From NCBI GenBank assembly GCA_045647355.1, contig JAZRMF010000001.1, positions 81,714-145,713 of the forward strand: a stretch of 64,000 nucleotides of DNA, in the 5' to 3' direction. Under the pieces are notes generated by a model that was not told the DNA's origin, ran no database searches, and saw only the letters and a list, made by a program, of their open reading frames with translations. The position numbers were made by a program, and so were the translations under genes. This stretch comes from Candidatus Enterousia sp. (GTDB lineage: Bacteria > Pseudomonadota > Alphaproteobacteria > Rs-D84). Shown piece after piece: positions 28,792 to 37,935 of this stretch; position 1 is the stretch's first letter; each line of letters begins with the position of its first letter.

Positions 28792-30410
28792 TGGCGAAAT
28801 ACGACAATAATTTTACAGACCAATTACGTGAAAGACTTTCTATTGTAGACGTTGTTTCCCGCCGTGTACCACTTACAAAAAAAGGTCAAAATTATTGGGG
28901 ATGTTGCCCATTTCATAATGAAAAAACTCCGTCTTTTTCTGTTCGTGAAGACAAAGGTTTTTATCACTGTTTTGGGTGCGGTAAACATGGTGATATTATT
29001 TCGTTTACAATGGAAATGGAACATGTTGATTTTATGGCCGCAATCAAAGAATTGGCCGAAATGGCCGGGATTCCATTACCAGAATACAAACCTAAAACAC
29101 AACAACAAATAGAAGCAGAAGAAACTTATATTAGTATAACTGCGGATGCGGCAAAATTGTATGCGGAAAAACTTTTCACGCCCGATGGTGCGCATGCGTT
29201 AGAATATATACGCGGTCGTGGATTTACCGATGAAATGATAAAAAAATATGGTATTGGGTATGCCCCGAAAAATAACATTATTTCAAATAAATTCGTAAAC
29301 ACACGCCAAGATAAATTAATTGCAACTGGTTTGGTACGGCGTGGCGAATACGGCATTTATGATTTCTTTCGTGACAAATTAATGTTTCCAATATTTAATG
29401 CACATGGCCAAATTGTTGCTTTTTCGGGGCGTAGCCTGGATGGGTCAGAACCAAAATATATAAATACAACCGATACAGAAATGTTCCATAAAAGACAAAC
29501 TTTGTTCGGTTTTAATTTTGCACGTGAAAATATCCATCGGGCAAATCGCGCAATTATTGTCGAAGGTCAAATAGACGCAATTCAAATGCAATGTAATGGT
29601 TTTGGTGAAACGGTTGCGCCACTTGGTACCGCCTTGACCGAAGATCATATTGCAATACTTTGCAAGGCGAATAGAAATATAACATTTTGCTTTGATGGTG
29701 ACGGCGCAGGACAAAAAGCCGCGGCCAGGGCGTGTGGTATTATTTTACCGTTCTTGCGTGATAATTCTGATGTGCGTTTTGCATTTGTGACGGGTGGTAA
29801 AGACCCGGATGAAATACTGCGTAAATCGGGCAGGGCAGAAATGGAAAAAATTATAAATGGTGCTATGCCTTTGGTTGATTTTTTGTGGAAAATTACAAAT
29901 ACAAATTATCTTGTTAATACACCATCTGGGAAAACACAGGCGGAAAAATTCCTTAAATCACAATTAGAAAAAATAACTGATAAATTACTTCGTGCCGAAT
30001 ATGAACATGAATATGATTCACGCAAATTTAATGAATGGCATAAATGGAAGAAAAAATCAGACACACAAAATATTGATGTGCCTGATATAGAATTAACAAC
30101 AAAAAATACTCTATTATTTATCATTAATAAATATCCAGAATTGGCCGAACGTTATGGTGATTTTATAAGCAGTTTTCATATTGATTTTGATTCAAATACG
30201 CCAGAGATGAACCTTGATTTTGAATCCGCAGAAAAGTATTTAATATCTTTAAAGTTACAAAAGTATCTTGAAAAATTAACAACTGATAGAAAACAACTGG
30301 TCGCCGATGCGTTAAAAAATAATAATTCTGATTCTATTAAAGAAATCGATGAAAAGATAAAGAAAGCAAAAGAAAAATTAGAATTATTATTAGATACAAA
30401 TGATAAATAA
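28791..30410 (+). CDS. dnaG: DNA primase
   Basis: CPFHNEKTPSF..HCFGC zinc finger, KYINT, VEGQID and CFDGDGAG TOPRIM. Confidence 0.97.
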   Translation: MAKYDNNFTDQLRERLSIVDVVSRRVPLTKKGQNYWGCCPFHNEKTPSFSVREDKGFYHCFGCGKHGDIISFTMEMEHVDFMAAIKELAEMAGIPLPEYKPKTQQQIEAEETYISITADAAKLYAEKLFTPDGAHALEYIRGRGFTDEMIKKYGIGYAPKNNIISNKFVNTRQDKLIATGLVRRGEYGIYDFFRDKLMFPIFNAHGQIVAFSGRSLDGSEPKYINTTDTEMFHKRQTLFGFNFARENIHRANRAIIVEGQIDAIQMQCNGFGETVAPLGTALTEDHIAILCKANRNITFCFDGDGAGQKAAARACGIILPFLRDNSDVRFAFVTGGKDPDEILRKSGRAEMEKIINGAMPLVDFLWKITNTNYLVNTPSGKTQAEKFLKSQLEKITDKLLRAEYEHEYDSRKFNEWHKWKKKSDTQNIDVPDIELTTKNTLLFIINKYPELAERYGDFISSFHIDFDSNTPEMNLDFESAEKYLISLKLQKYLEKLTTDRKQLVADALKNNNSDSIKEIDEKIKKAKEKLELLLDTNDK

Positions 30411-30411
30411 T

Positions 30412-30975
30412 TTACTTTTCTTGTGATTGTGCAAGGTTATACATTTGTTCTATGATTTTATTATATTTATTTTTATCCGCATAATGAAGAAATATAACTA
30501 TACAAAATAAAGACCAAAAAATGTAATTTTCTTCGGGTTGTATTATGTTATACAATTCTGGAAATTTCATATCAATAATAAAATTAGATACCGCCATAAT
30601 CCCCATAACCAGCGCCAAATATTTCTTGGTTATTGCCAAAATACGCCAAAAAGATACATCACGAGACATATTTTCCAACATTTGTTTTTGTTCGTGTGTC
30701 ATATCTTTTGTTAATCCCTTTCTTTCGGCATATTGATATGTGTCCATACCATTAAATTTTGTTCTGCCAAGGACAACACAAGGAATTAAGTTTCTATAAC
30801 GAACCTCTATCTTTTTTTGTTTAATAAATTCTTCACGTTCTTTATCGGTCAATTTCAACATAAAATATTTGGTTTTTGGATCTAATAAATCTTCAAGTGT
30901 ATATGTCTCTTCGGCCAATAATTTGTCCGCTATTTCTAGATTTTCAATTTCTTTTAATTCACGTCTTAATGTCAA
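30412..30975 (-). CDS. Hypothetical membrane protein (187 aa)
   Basis: ORF with two hydrophobic segments near the C-terminus. Confidence 0.7.
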   Translation of the reverse strand: MTLRRELKEIENLEIADKLLAEETYTLEDLLDPKTKYFMLKLTDKEREEFIKQKKIEVRYRNLIPCVVLGRTKFNGMDTYQYAERKGLTKDMTHEQKQMLENMSRDVSFWRILAITKKYLALVMGIMAVSNFIIDMKFPELYNIIQPEENYIFWSLFCIVIFLHYADKNKYNKIIEQMYNLAQSQEK

Positions 30976-31036
30976 TATATATACCTTTTTAGATTTTTTA
31001 AAATATCATATACATAATACTTGTCAATAAAAAAGC

Positions 31037-31062
31037 AAAAATCCGCCGTATAGCGGATTTTT
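31037..31062 (-). terminator. Terminator after ychF
   Basis: AAAAATCCGC-CGTATA-GCGGATTTTT. Confidence 0.8.
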
Positions 31063-31091
31063 TATTAACAACTTATATTTATAATTCTTAA

Positions 31092-32171
31092 CTAGTTATT
31101 AAACAAGAAATGGCATATATCGCCTTCTTGCATAACATAATCACGTCCCACAAGGCGCATTTTGCCGGCCTCTTTGACCGCAACTTCACCACCAAGCGCG
31201 ATATAATCTGATGGGGATATAACCTCGGCCCGGATAAAACCTTTTTCAAAATCAGTATGAATTTTACCGGCGGCCTGGGGCGCGGTCATTCCACGTGTTA
31301 TCGTCCACGCATGTGCTTCTTTTGGTCCAACAGTATAAAATGTTTGTAGTCCCAATGTTTCATACCCGGTTTTTATAACCTTTTCTAACCCAGATTGTTC
31401 CAAACCCAAATCATTTAAGAACATTTTGCGTTCTTCGGGGTCGACAATTTGTGCAATTTCCATTTCTATTTTACCAGAAATTATTAAAACTGGGGCACGC
31501 CCTGAAAACTTTTGCACAACCATATCGGAATATTTGTTACCATTTGCCGCCGCCGCTTCTTCAACATTACATACATATATAACAGGTTTTGCGGTCAGTA
31601 AATTAAACGGTTTTGAATCAACATCTGTTTCACGTGCCGGTATAGATTTTTCAAGATTTTCTGCAATAACTTTGGCATCAGCAAGTAATTTTATTGCCTC
31701 TTTATCCAATCCATGTGCCTTTTTTTCAAGGTTTTTCATCTGTTTGTTTATACTTTCAAGATCCGCCATCATAAGTTCTGTTTCAATAGTATCAATATCA
31801 GCAATTGGATCTATGCGACCATCAACATGAACAATATCATCATTTTCAAAACAACGTACAACGTGAATTATAGCATCTGTTTCAAGAATATTCCCCAAGA
31901 ATTTATTTCCCAAACCTTCGCCATTTGATGCACCACGAACCAGGCCGGCAATATCGACTATTTCAAGCTGTGTCGGTATTATTTTTGCCGAATTATCAAC
32001 AGCCGCCAATTTATGTAATGTTTCGTCTGGTACCACAACACGACCAGTATTTGGTTCAATAGTACAAAAAGGATAATTTTGCGCATCCGCCGCCGCACTT
32101 TGTGTTAATGCATTAAATAGTGTCGATTTTCCAACATTTGGTAAACCAACAATTCCACAATTGAAACCCAT
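31092..32171 (-). CDS. ychF: Redox-regulated ATPase YchF
   Basis: GIVGLPNVGKSTLFNAL, NYPFCTIEPN, DIAGLV and TGS C-terminus. Confidence 0.98.
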   Translation of the reverse strand: MGFNCGIVGLPNVGKSTLFNALTQSAAADAQNYPFCTIEPNTGRVVVPDETLHKLAAVDNSAKIIPTQLEIVDIAGLVRGASNGEGLGNKFLGNILETDAIIHVVRCFENDDIVHVDGRIDPIADIDTIETELMMADLESINKQMKNLEKKAHGLDKEAIKLLADAKVIAENLEKSIPARETDVDSKPFNLLTAKPVIYVCNVEEAAAANGNKYSDMVVQKFSGRAPVLIISGKIEMEIAQIVDPEERKMFLNDLGLEQSGLEKVIKTGYETLGLQTFYTVGPKEAHAWTITRGMTAPQAAGKIHTDFEKGFIRAEVISPSDYIALGGEVAVKEAGKMRLVGRDYVMQEGDICHFLFNN

Positions 32172-32198
32172 AATAAAATCCTTTATAATACAGATAAT

Positions 32199-32885
32199 AT
32201 GTCATACATGTGGAACAAATTCAATATAAAAACTTTTCCATCAGAAACTATTGTTTACTGTGATGGGGAATATATGCCCGAACTTTCAACAATAGAAAAC
32301 ACAGAAACAATAGATAAAAAATACGATTTGCCGATACATATTATATATGTCGGTGATATACGTGATGATAACACATTAAATATAAATATAAATGTACCAA
32401 ATCAACCGGTATTTTTAAGTGTTAATACAGAAAATAAATCCCCGGCCTTTTTGAACATTTTTATCAAAAACACCGGGAAAAATTCTGAAATTCGTGGCCA
32501 TATTTTGTGTAAAAATTCGTCTGAATTATCTTTAAAAATTATTGCTGAACATGATGCTCCTGATACCAGTATTTTAATTCAGGCAAAAGTTATTGGTTCA
32601 AAAAACAGTTCATCCACAGCATCTGGGGTCGCAATAATTAATCCAAATTGTAAGAATTGTGGATCTGATATACGATTTGCCGGACATAGTTTGGACAAAA
32701 GTGCAAAAATACGATTTTTACCACACCAACGTATTTTATCTGTTCCAGACTTTGCAGACCATAGTGCGTATATTTTCCACCCAGATGAGCAAAAAGAGAA
32801 CTATTTACGTATGGCCGGCCTGTCAGGAGCAGAGGTTAAAGATGCCTTGGTCGAGGCATTTATGAATGATTTCAACCTGTTTTAA
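32199..32885 (+). CDS. SufD-like (SufBD family beta-helix) protein
   Basis: Beta-helix-like sequence and C-terminal DHSAY...YLRMAGLSGAEVKDALVEAF, resembling SufD; no other suf genes adjacent. Confidence 0.6.
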   Translation: MSYMWNKFNIKTFPSETIVYCDGEYMPELSTIENTETIDKKYDLPIHIIYVGDIRDDNTLNININVPNQPVFLSVNTENKSPAFLNIFIKNTGKNSEIRGHILCKNSSELSLKIIAEHDAPDTSILIQAKVIGSKNSSSTASGVAIINPNCKNCGSDIRFAGHSLDKSAKIRFLPHQRILSVPDFADHSAYIFHPDEQKENYLRMAGLSGAEVKDALVEAFMNDFNLF

Positions 32886-32942
32886 TAAAAAAATACGGTA
32901 TTCCAACCGGCGTACCGTAAAATAGAGAAGAAAAACACGGGA

Positions 32943-33077
32943 TTATTTTCTTTTAAAACCCTGTTTTGCTTTGAATTTCGGGTTATCAGGATCGATTAAA
33001 ACAATCTGTTTTCCACGACGAACCTGTTTAATATTTCCACGTTTTTTCCACGCACGTAGCGAACTTAAAAATTTCAT
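32943..33077 (-). CDS. rpmJ: 50S ribosomal protein L36, type B (Zn-free, YkgO-like); missed by the ORF track
   Basis: Translates to MKFLSSLRAWKKRGNIKQVRRGKQIVLIDPDNPKFKAKQGFKRK. Confidence 0.9.
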   Translation of the reverse strand: MKFLSSLRAWKKRGNIKQVRRGKQIVLIDPDNPKFKAKQGFKRK

Positions 33078-33387
33078 TTTATATCCTTTTTGCCAAGGCA
33101 TTATAAACACTTTTTAACAAAAATCAAATATTATATTTATATTTTGTTGTTATTGTTGTACCTGTTGAAAATGTTGAAAAGTTGTTATTAACAAAGTTTT
33201 AAACAATTTTTAGGCTGATTTTTGCGGTTTTTAACATTTTTGTTGAAAAACAAACTAGGTTGAAAATCGTTTAAAATATGGCGTTTTTTTCAACATTTTT
33301 AACAATTTTACCTTTTTGTTTTTTATGCTTGTTGAAAATTGTTGAAATTGTTATAATAAAATTATCCATGGAGGGATTCTTAGTATA
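33078..33387. other. Candidate chromosomal replication origin
   Basis: AT-rich 310-bp intergenic region with five exact TGTTGAAAA/TTTTCAACA boxes plus near matches, and TTAA-N7-TTAA at 33188-33202. Confidence 0.55.
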
Positions 33388-33693
33388 ATGAGACAACGAG
33401 TACTAAAAGCTTTGGCGAATCCATCGCTTTTGTTTGGGGTGCCGTATGCCCTGGCGGTTCTGAATTTTATGGTTCAGTTCAGTATATTTATTGTCTTGTA
33501 TATAGTTGGTTTGATGTTTTTTGATATAGATATACTTATTAAGTATGTAAATCCAGTGTATTTTTTTGTGTCTGTGGCCGGTGTTCATATGTTTTGTGCA
33601 AGGCTTGCAAAAAATGATTCACAAATAAGTCAGGTTTTGGTCGCTAAAATTAAAATGATGAGAAATAAAATACCACGGAGATTATCTGCATGA
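33388..33693 (+). CDS. virB3: Type IV secretion system protein VirB3
   Basis: KALANPSLLFGVPY start, two TM segments; ATGA overlap with virB4. Confidence 0.8.
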   Translation: MRQRVLKALANPSLLFGVPYALAVLNFMVQFSIFIVLYIVGLMFFDIDILIKYVNPVYFFVSVAGVHMFCARLAKNDSQISQVLVAKIKMMRNKIPRRLSA

Positions 33694-36110
33694 TAGAAAG
33701 TTTTTTTAAATATTTTTCCGGTGGTGGTTTTTCGGTGACTATGACGCTGACTATCATGGTTGTTGCGGTTATTTTTGTTTTTATTATTTTAATGATGTAT
33801 GTACCGACAATTATAAAGCATGTCTTTCCAAAGTTTGGTTATAGACATTATTCTGACTATGTTCCATTTGATACTGTTTATACAGATGATTCTTTGGAAA
33901 TTAATAATGGGGCGTTGGTTCGTGTTTACCGTGTGTCTGGGGTGCAAACAAGTATGCAAACAGACGAACAACGTGAAAAATTCTTGGATTTACGGTCCCA
34001 GATTTTTAATCAAATTCATGACCCAAATGTAATTTTACGTTTCTTTACTGTGCGTGATGCAGTGGCAGAAAATACAGATTACGAGTTTGACCAGCCTGTA
34101 TTACAAAAAATATATGATAAATGGCGGTCCCAGGGTCTAAGAATATTTATCAATAATTATTATATAGTATTGTCTGTTAATAGTGGCGCAAATTCACGTG
34201 ATTTATTAAATCAATATGGAAATTACATAGAATCTATACTTGCACCATATAATCCGCGTGTTTTAAAAAATAATTCACGTGATAATATGGCACGATTTTT
34301 TGGTCGTATATTTTCACCAATTACAAAACCAGAACCCGAGGTTTGTGACGAACAAATCCGGGAAGTTTCAACCGTTGATGATGTTGAATTCTTATCAAAT
34401 GGTCTTGTAAAATATATAAGTGGTGATAGAGAATATTATTCTGGGTTGGTGTCTTTCCGCGCAGCCCCAGATTATTTAGATGAAGAATTTTTTGATTCTA
34501 TTAATACAATTCAAACAGAAATGATTTGTATGAACGGATTCAAAATTATGGGGGCATCGGATGTTGCATCTGTTCTGCGTCAACGCCGCGTTGTGGCATC
34601 AAAAGAAAATGATGCAACCGAAGAACAACTTTCAGATGCAGAATCTGTGATGGATGAAAATGTTTCTGGTAATCAAACATTGGTTAATTATTATCCTTTA
34701 TTCTTGGTATTCGGTAAAACCGAAGAAGAATTAAAAGAATATATTGATGAGTTTAAGAAAATATGTGCGTCATTCGGTGTTTCGCCAATTCAAGAGAGTT
34801 TCGCAACCAAGGTTTCTTGGTTTTCAATGGTGCCTGGGTTCGATACTTTCCCGCGTACATTTAAAATGTTGTCACGTGCGGCGGCGATAAGTATTCCAAT
34901 GTCCAGTACACCACGTGGTATTACAAATTCTGATTGGGGTCAGGGACCATTGGTTGTATTTCCAACCGCCCAAGGTACACCATATCAATTTCAATTCCAT
35001 GTTTCAGATAAACCTGCGGCGGTGGGGCATACGCTTACTATTGGTCCGACCGGTGGTGGTAAAACAACATTATTCTCGTTCTTAATTGCGCAGTCTTTGC
35101 GTCATAAAAAATTAAAAGCATTTTTCTTTGATAGAAACAAAGGTGCAGAAATCTTTACACTTGCGGTTGGTGGAAAATATATAACTATGCAGGGTAAAGA
35201 AAAATCTGATGCCGCGTTTTTAACACACCTTAATCCGTTAAAGATGCAAGATACTGTTGCAAATCGTGCGTTCTTGCGTCGTTGGTTTGCGATGATTTCT
35301 GAACAGGGTGATGCAACATCTGCGGATGAAATTGCACGTGCGGTATCGGTTAATTTTGATTATTTGTCTGATAAAGATCGTATGCTTAAAAACCTGTGGG
35401 AAAGTTGTTTTTCATCATCGGGGAATATGCGCGCGGCACTTAAGAAATGGGTTGATCCGTTGCAATATGGTGAAATATTTAATGAAGACGAAGATACACT
35501 TGACCTGCAATCACGTCTTACAACATTTGACTTTACCGATATTTTACAAGATTCAACACTTGCGCCGGCGGTTATATCGTACATATTACATCGTATAAAT
35601 AACACAACGGTATCTGGTGGAAATCCGTCACTTATTATGATTGACGAAACCGCGCCTATGTTGGAAAACAAAATGTTCCGTGATAACTTTATCACAGGTT
35701 TACAAGAAGGTCGTAAAAATCGTCAGGCATATATGGTCGCGTTCCAGCGTGCAAATGTTTTGGATAAATTGGGAATAGGGGACGTTGTTCGTGGTCAGGC
35801 ACAAACTATTATGTTCTTCCGTAATCCGGCGGCGGATGCGGCGGATTATGAACATTGGAATTTGAATCCATTAGAAATGGCATTTATCCAAGGTAAAGCA
35901 TATCCAAATTTAAAACGTGCAGTTTTGCTTGCGCGACCGGTTAATAATGAATCTGTGATATTGAATACAGAACTTGGTGGGTTGGGTAATTTATTGCGGT
36001 TGTTTGAATCTGGACGTTCATCGGTATTATTGGCCGAAGAATTATATCGGCAGTTTGGTTCGGCGTTTGTTGCGGAATACCTGAAAAAGCAGGGTGCAGG
36101 CGATTTATAA
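33690..36110 (+). CDS. virB4: Type IV secretion system ATPase VirB4
   Basis: GHTLTIGPTGGGKT Walker A, FFDRNKG, LIMIDE Walker B and GRKNR; downstream of virB3. Confidence 0.9.
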   Translation: MIESFFKYFSGGGFSVTMTLTIMVVAVIFVFIILMMYVPTIIKHVFPKFGYRHYSDYVPFDTVYTDDSLEINNGALVRVYRVSGVQTSMQTDEQREKFLDLRSQIFNQIHDPNVILRFFTVRDAVAENTDYEFDQPVLQKIYDKWRSQGLRIFINNYYIVLSVNSGANSRDLLNQYGNYIESILAPYNPRVLKNNSRDNMARFFGRIFSPITKPEPEVCDEQIREVSTVDDVEFLSNGLVKYISGDREYYSGLVSFRAAPDYLDEEFFDSINTIQTEMICMNGFKIMGASDVASVLRQRRVVASKENDATEEQLSDAESVMDENVSGNQTLVNYYPLFLVFGKTEEELKEYIDEFKKICASFGVSPIQESFATKVSWFSMVPGFDTFPRTFKMLSRAAAISIPMSSTPRGITNSDWGQGPLVVFPTAQGTPYQFQFHVSDKPAAVGHTLTIGPTGGGKTTLFSFLIAQSLRHKKLKAFFFDRNKGAEIFTLAVGGKYITMQGKEKSDAAFLTHLNPLKMQDTVANRAFLRRWFAMISEQGDATSADEIARAVSVNFDYLSDKDRMLKNLWESCFSSSGNMRAALKKWVDPLQYGEIFNEDEDTLDLQSRLTTFDFTDILQDSTLAPAVISYILHRINNTTVSGGNPSLIMIDETAPMLENKMFRDNFITGLQEGRKNRQAYMVAFQRANVLDKLGIGDVVRGQAQTIMFFRNPAADAADYEHWNLNPLEMAFIQGKAYPNLKRAVLLARPVNNESVILNTELGGLGNLLRLFESGRSSVLLAEELYRQFGSAFVAEYLKKQGAGDL

Positions 36111-36111
36111 A

Positions 36112-36723
36112 ATGTTAAAAAATACGTTTGTTTTGTTGTTATCTTGTTTTTGTGGATTTGCCGTTGCGGATGATTGTGTTAAATACAAATTATTACCAAA
36201 AATAAATATAACTAATCCAATATATGAAAGACATATTATCCAACCAGATGAACCAATGGATAAATTACACGGTAATGTTCTTGCAACGTTTGTTCAAGAT
36301 TTTGATTTGGTTGTTGATATAATTGTTCAAGATGGTGGATATTGTGTTGTTCTTAAAAAATTAGATGCAGATATTGGATATAATGATTTCTTGGTTAAAA
36401 TTGATAAATCGCATATGCGTGGGTCATGCACGTATAGTGCGATTTTAAATCATGAAAAAAAACATATTGATGCATATTTATCCGTGACACGTGATATGAA
36501 TTCTGATATTAAAGATTCTGTATTTAATGCGGCGAATTCTGTAATGCCAGTATTTGTTGATTCACGTGATAAAATAGATTCTGTGATAGAAACTATGAAT
36601 TATAAAATACAATCTCATCCAGAGGTTGTTTTGATAAAACAAAAAATTAATGCAGCCCAAGAAATTCGTAACAAACGTGTTGATCAAAACGAAGATAATA
36701 GTGAATTAAAAAGCTGTATGTAA
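36112..36723 (+). CDS. Secreted protein with HExxH motif (DUF922-like putative Zn metalloprotease)
   Basis: Signal peptide MLKNTFVLLLSCFCGFAVA; ILNHEKKHIDAY. Confidence 0.55.
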   Translation: MLKNTFVLLLSCFCGFAVADDCVKYKLLPKINITNPIYERHIIQPDEPMDKLHGNVLATFVQDFDLVVDIIVQDGGYCVVLKKLDADIGYNDFLVKIDKSHMRGSCTYSAILNHEKKHIDAYLSVTRDMNSDIKDSVFNAANSVMPVFVDSRDKIDSVIETMNYKIQSHPEVVLIKQKINAAQEIRNKRVDQNEDNSELKSCM

Positions 36724-36761
36724 AAACTGTCTATATGCCTGTTTTTAACGTATACAGTAAT

Positions 36762-37460
36762 TTATCCAAAATAAAACCAAATTGCAATTGGTGCAAGTAC
36801 AGCCGTCATAAGACCGGAAATTACAATAGCCAAACTGCTAAAAGAACCTTCTATATGTCCCATTTCCATTGCTTTGACAGTACCGGCGGCATGTGATGCA
36901 TTACCAATAGCAAGTCCACGCGATATCGGATTTTTTAATTTCATCCATTTACATAGTTTATCACTGACCGATGCACCAAGTATTCCTGTTATAATAACCG
37001 CCGAAACAGTTAATGATACAATACCACCAAGTTTTCGTGTAATCCCGATGGCAAGTGCCGTTGTCACTGATATTGATACCAATGAACGCGCAATAACATC
37101 GGCAAGTCCAAGTAATGCAACAACCAAACATACTGATACAACCGATGCGATTACACCAACAAACATTGCAAATAGTATCGTCCAAATATGTTTTTTAAGT
37201 AACGGTAATTGTCGATACATTGGAACCGCAAAACATACTGTTACCGGCATAAGAAAGTATGTTAAATATTTTGCACTTTGGTTATAATTATCATATGGAA
37301 TTTTAAACAACAGCAAAACAAAAACCACAACAGCGGTTGCCAAAAAGAGTGGGGTGGTGAACGGATTTGGCCATTTTTTATTGATAATTGTTGCAAGTAT
37401 AAATGCCGCAACTGTTATTGCCGCCCCAAAATATGTCGATGTAGTAAAAAGTTCCATCAT
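36762..37460 (-). CDS. lrgB: LrgB family protein
   Basis: PVTVCFAVPMY, SISVTTALA and GLAIGNASHAAGT. Confidence 0.92.
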   Translation of the reverse strand: MMELFTTSTYFGAAITVAAFILATIINKKWPNPFTTPLFLATAVVVFVLLLFKIPYDNYNQSAKYLTYFLMPVTVCFAVPMYRQLPLLKKHIWTILFAMFVGVIASVVSVCLVVALLGLADVIARSLVSISVTTALAIGITRKLGGIVSLTVSAVIITGILGASVSDKLCKWMKLKNPISRGLAIGNASHAAGTVKAMEMGHIEGSFSSLAIVISGLMTAVLAPIAIWFYFG

Positions 37461-37813
37461 TTTTTATTTTTCCCACGTTCAAGAAAGAAATCTGCGGTTT
37501 TTCCCGTAATAACCATTGTCACAAAGTATGCCACGACCAGCAAAATAACCAAATAATACCATATGTTCGATATTTCTGGCCAAATATCAATGATTGCAAC
37601 CGCCGGCGCCACAAAAAACAGCGCCATAATACCATGAAACCAATCTGCAACATCACAAACCCATTCTAATTTTATAATATGTGTGCAAAGTGCCAAAAAT
37701 AACAACAAAAGGCCGTAAATACTGCCCGCGATAGGCAGTGGAATCAGAAATTCGCACAGTTCGCCCAAAAAGACGAAAATAAGTATAATCATAAATTGAA
37801 ATAGATATTTCAT
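37457..37813 (-). CDS. lrgA: CidA/LrgA family protein
   Basis: LPIAGSIYGLLLLF, MALFFVAPAV; overlaps the lrgB start. Confidence 0.9.
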   Translation of the reverse strand: MKYLFQFMIILIFVFLGELCEFLIPLPIAGSIYGLLLLFLALCTHIIKLEWVCDVADWFHGIMALFFVAPAVAIIDIWPEISNIWYYLVILLVVAYFVTMVITGKTADFFLERGKNKK

Positions 37814-37935
37814 GGGGCGACTCTCTCTTGGCAAGTATATTATCGAAAAATATAAAAAAATTAAAGAATAAAAAACTTGACAACACGATTTTTTGTATTA
37901 TATTGTTCCACAGAAGGTAACCAAGAGGTGCATAA

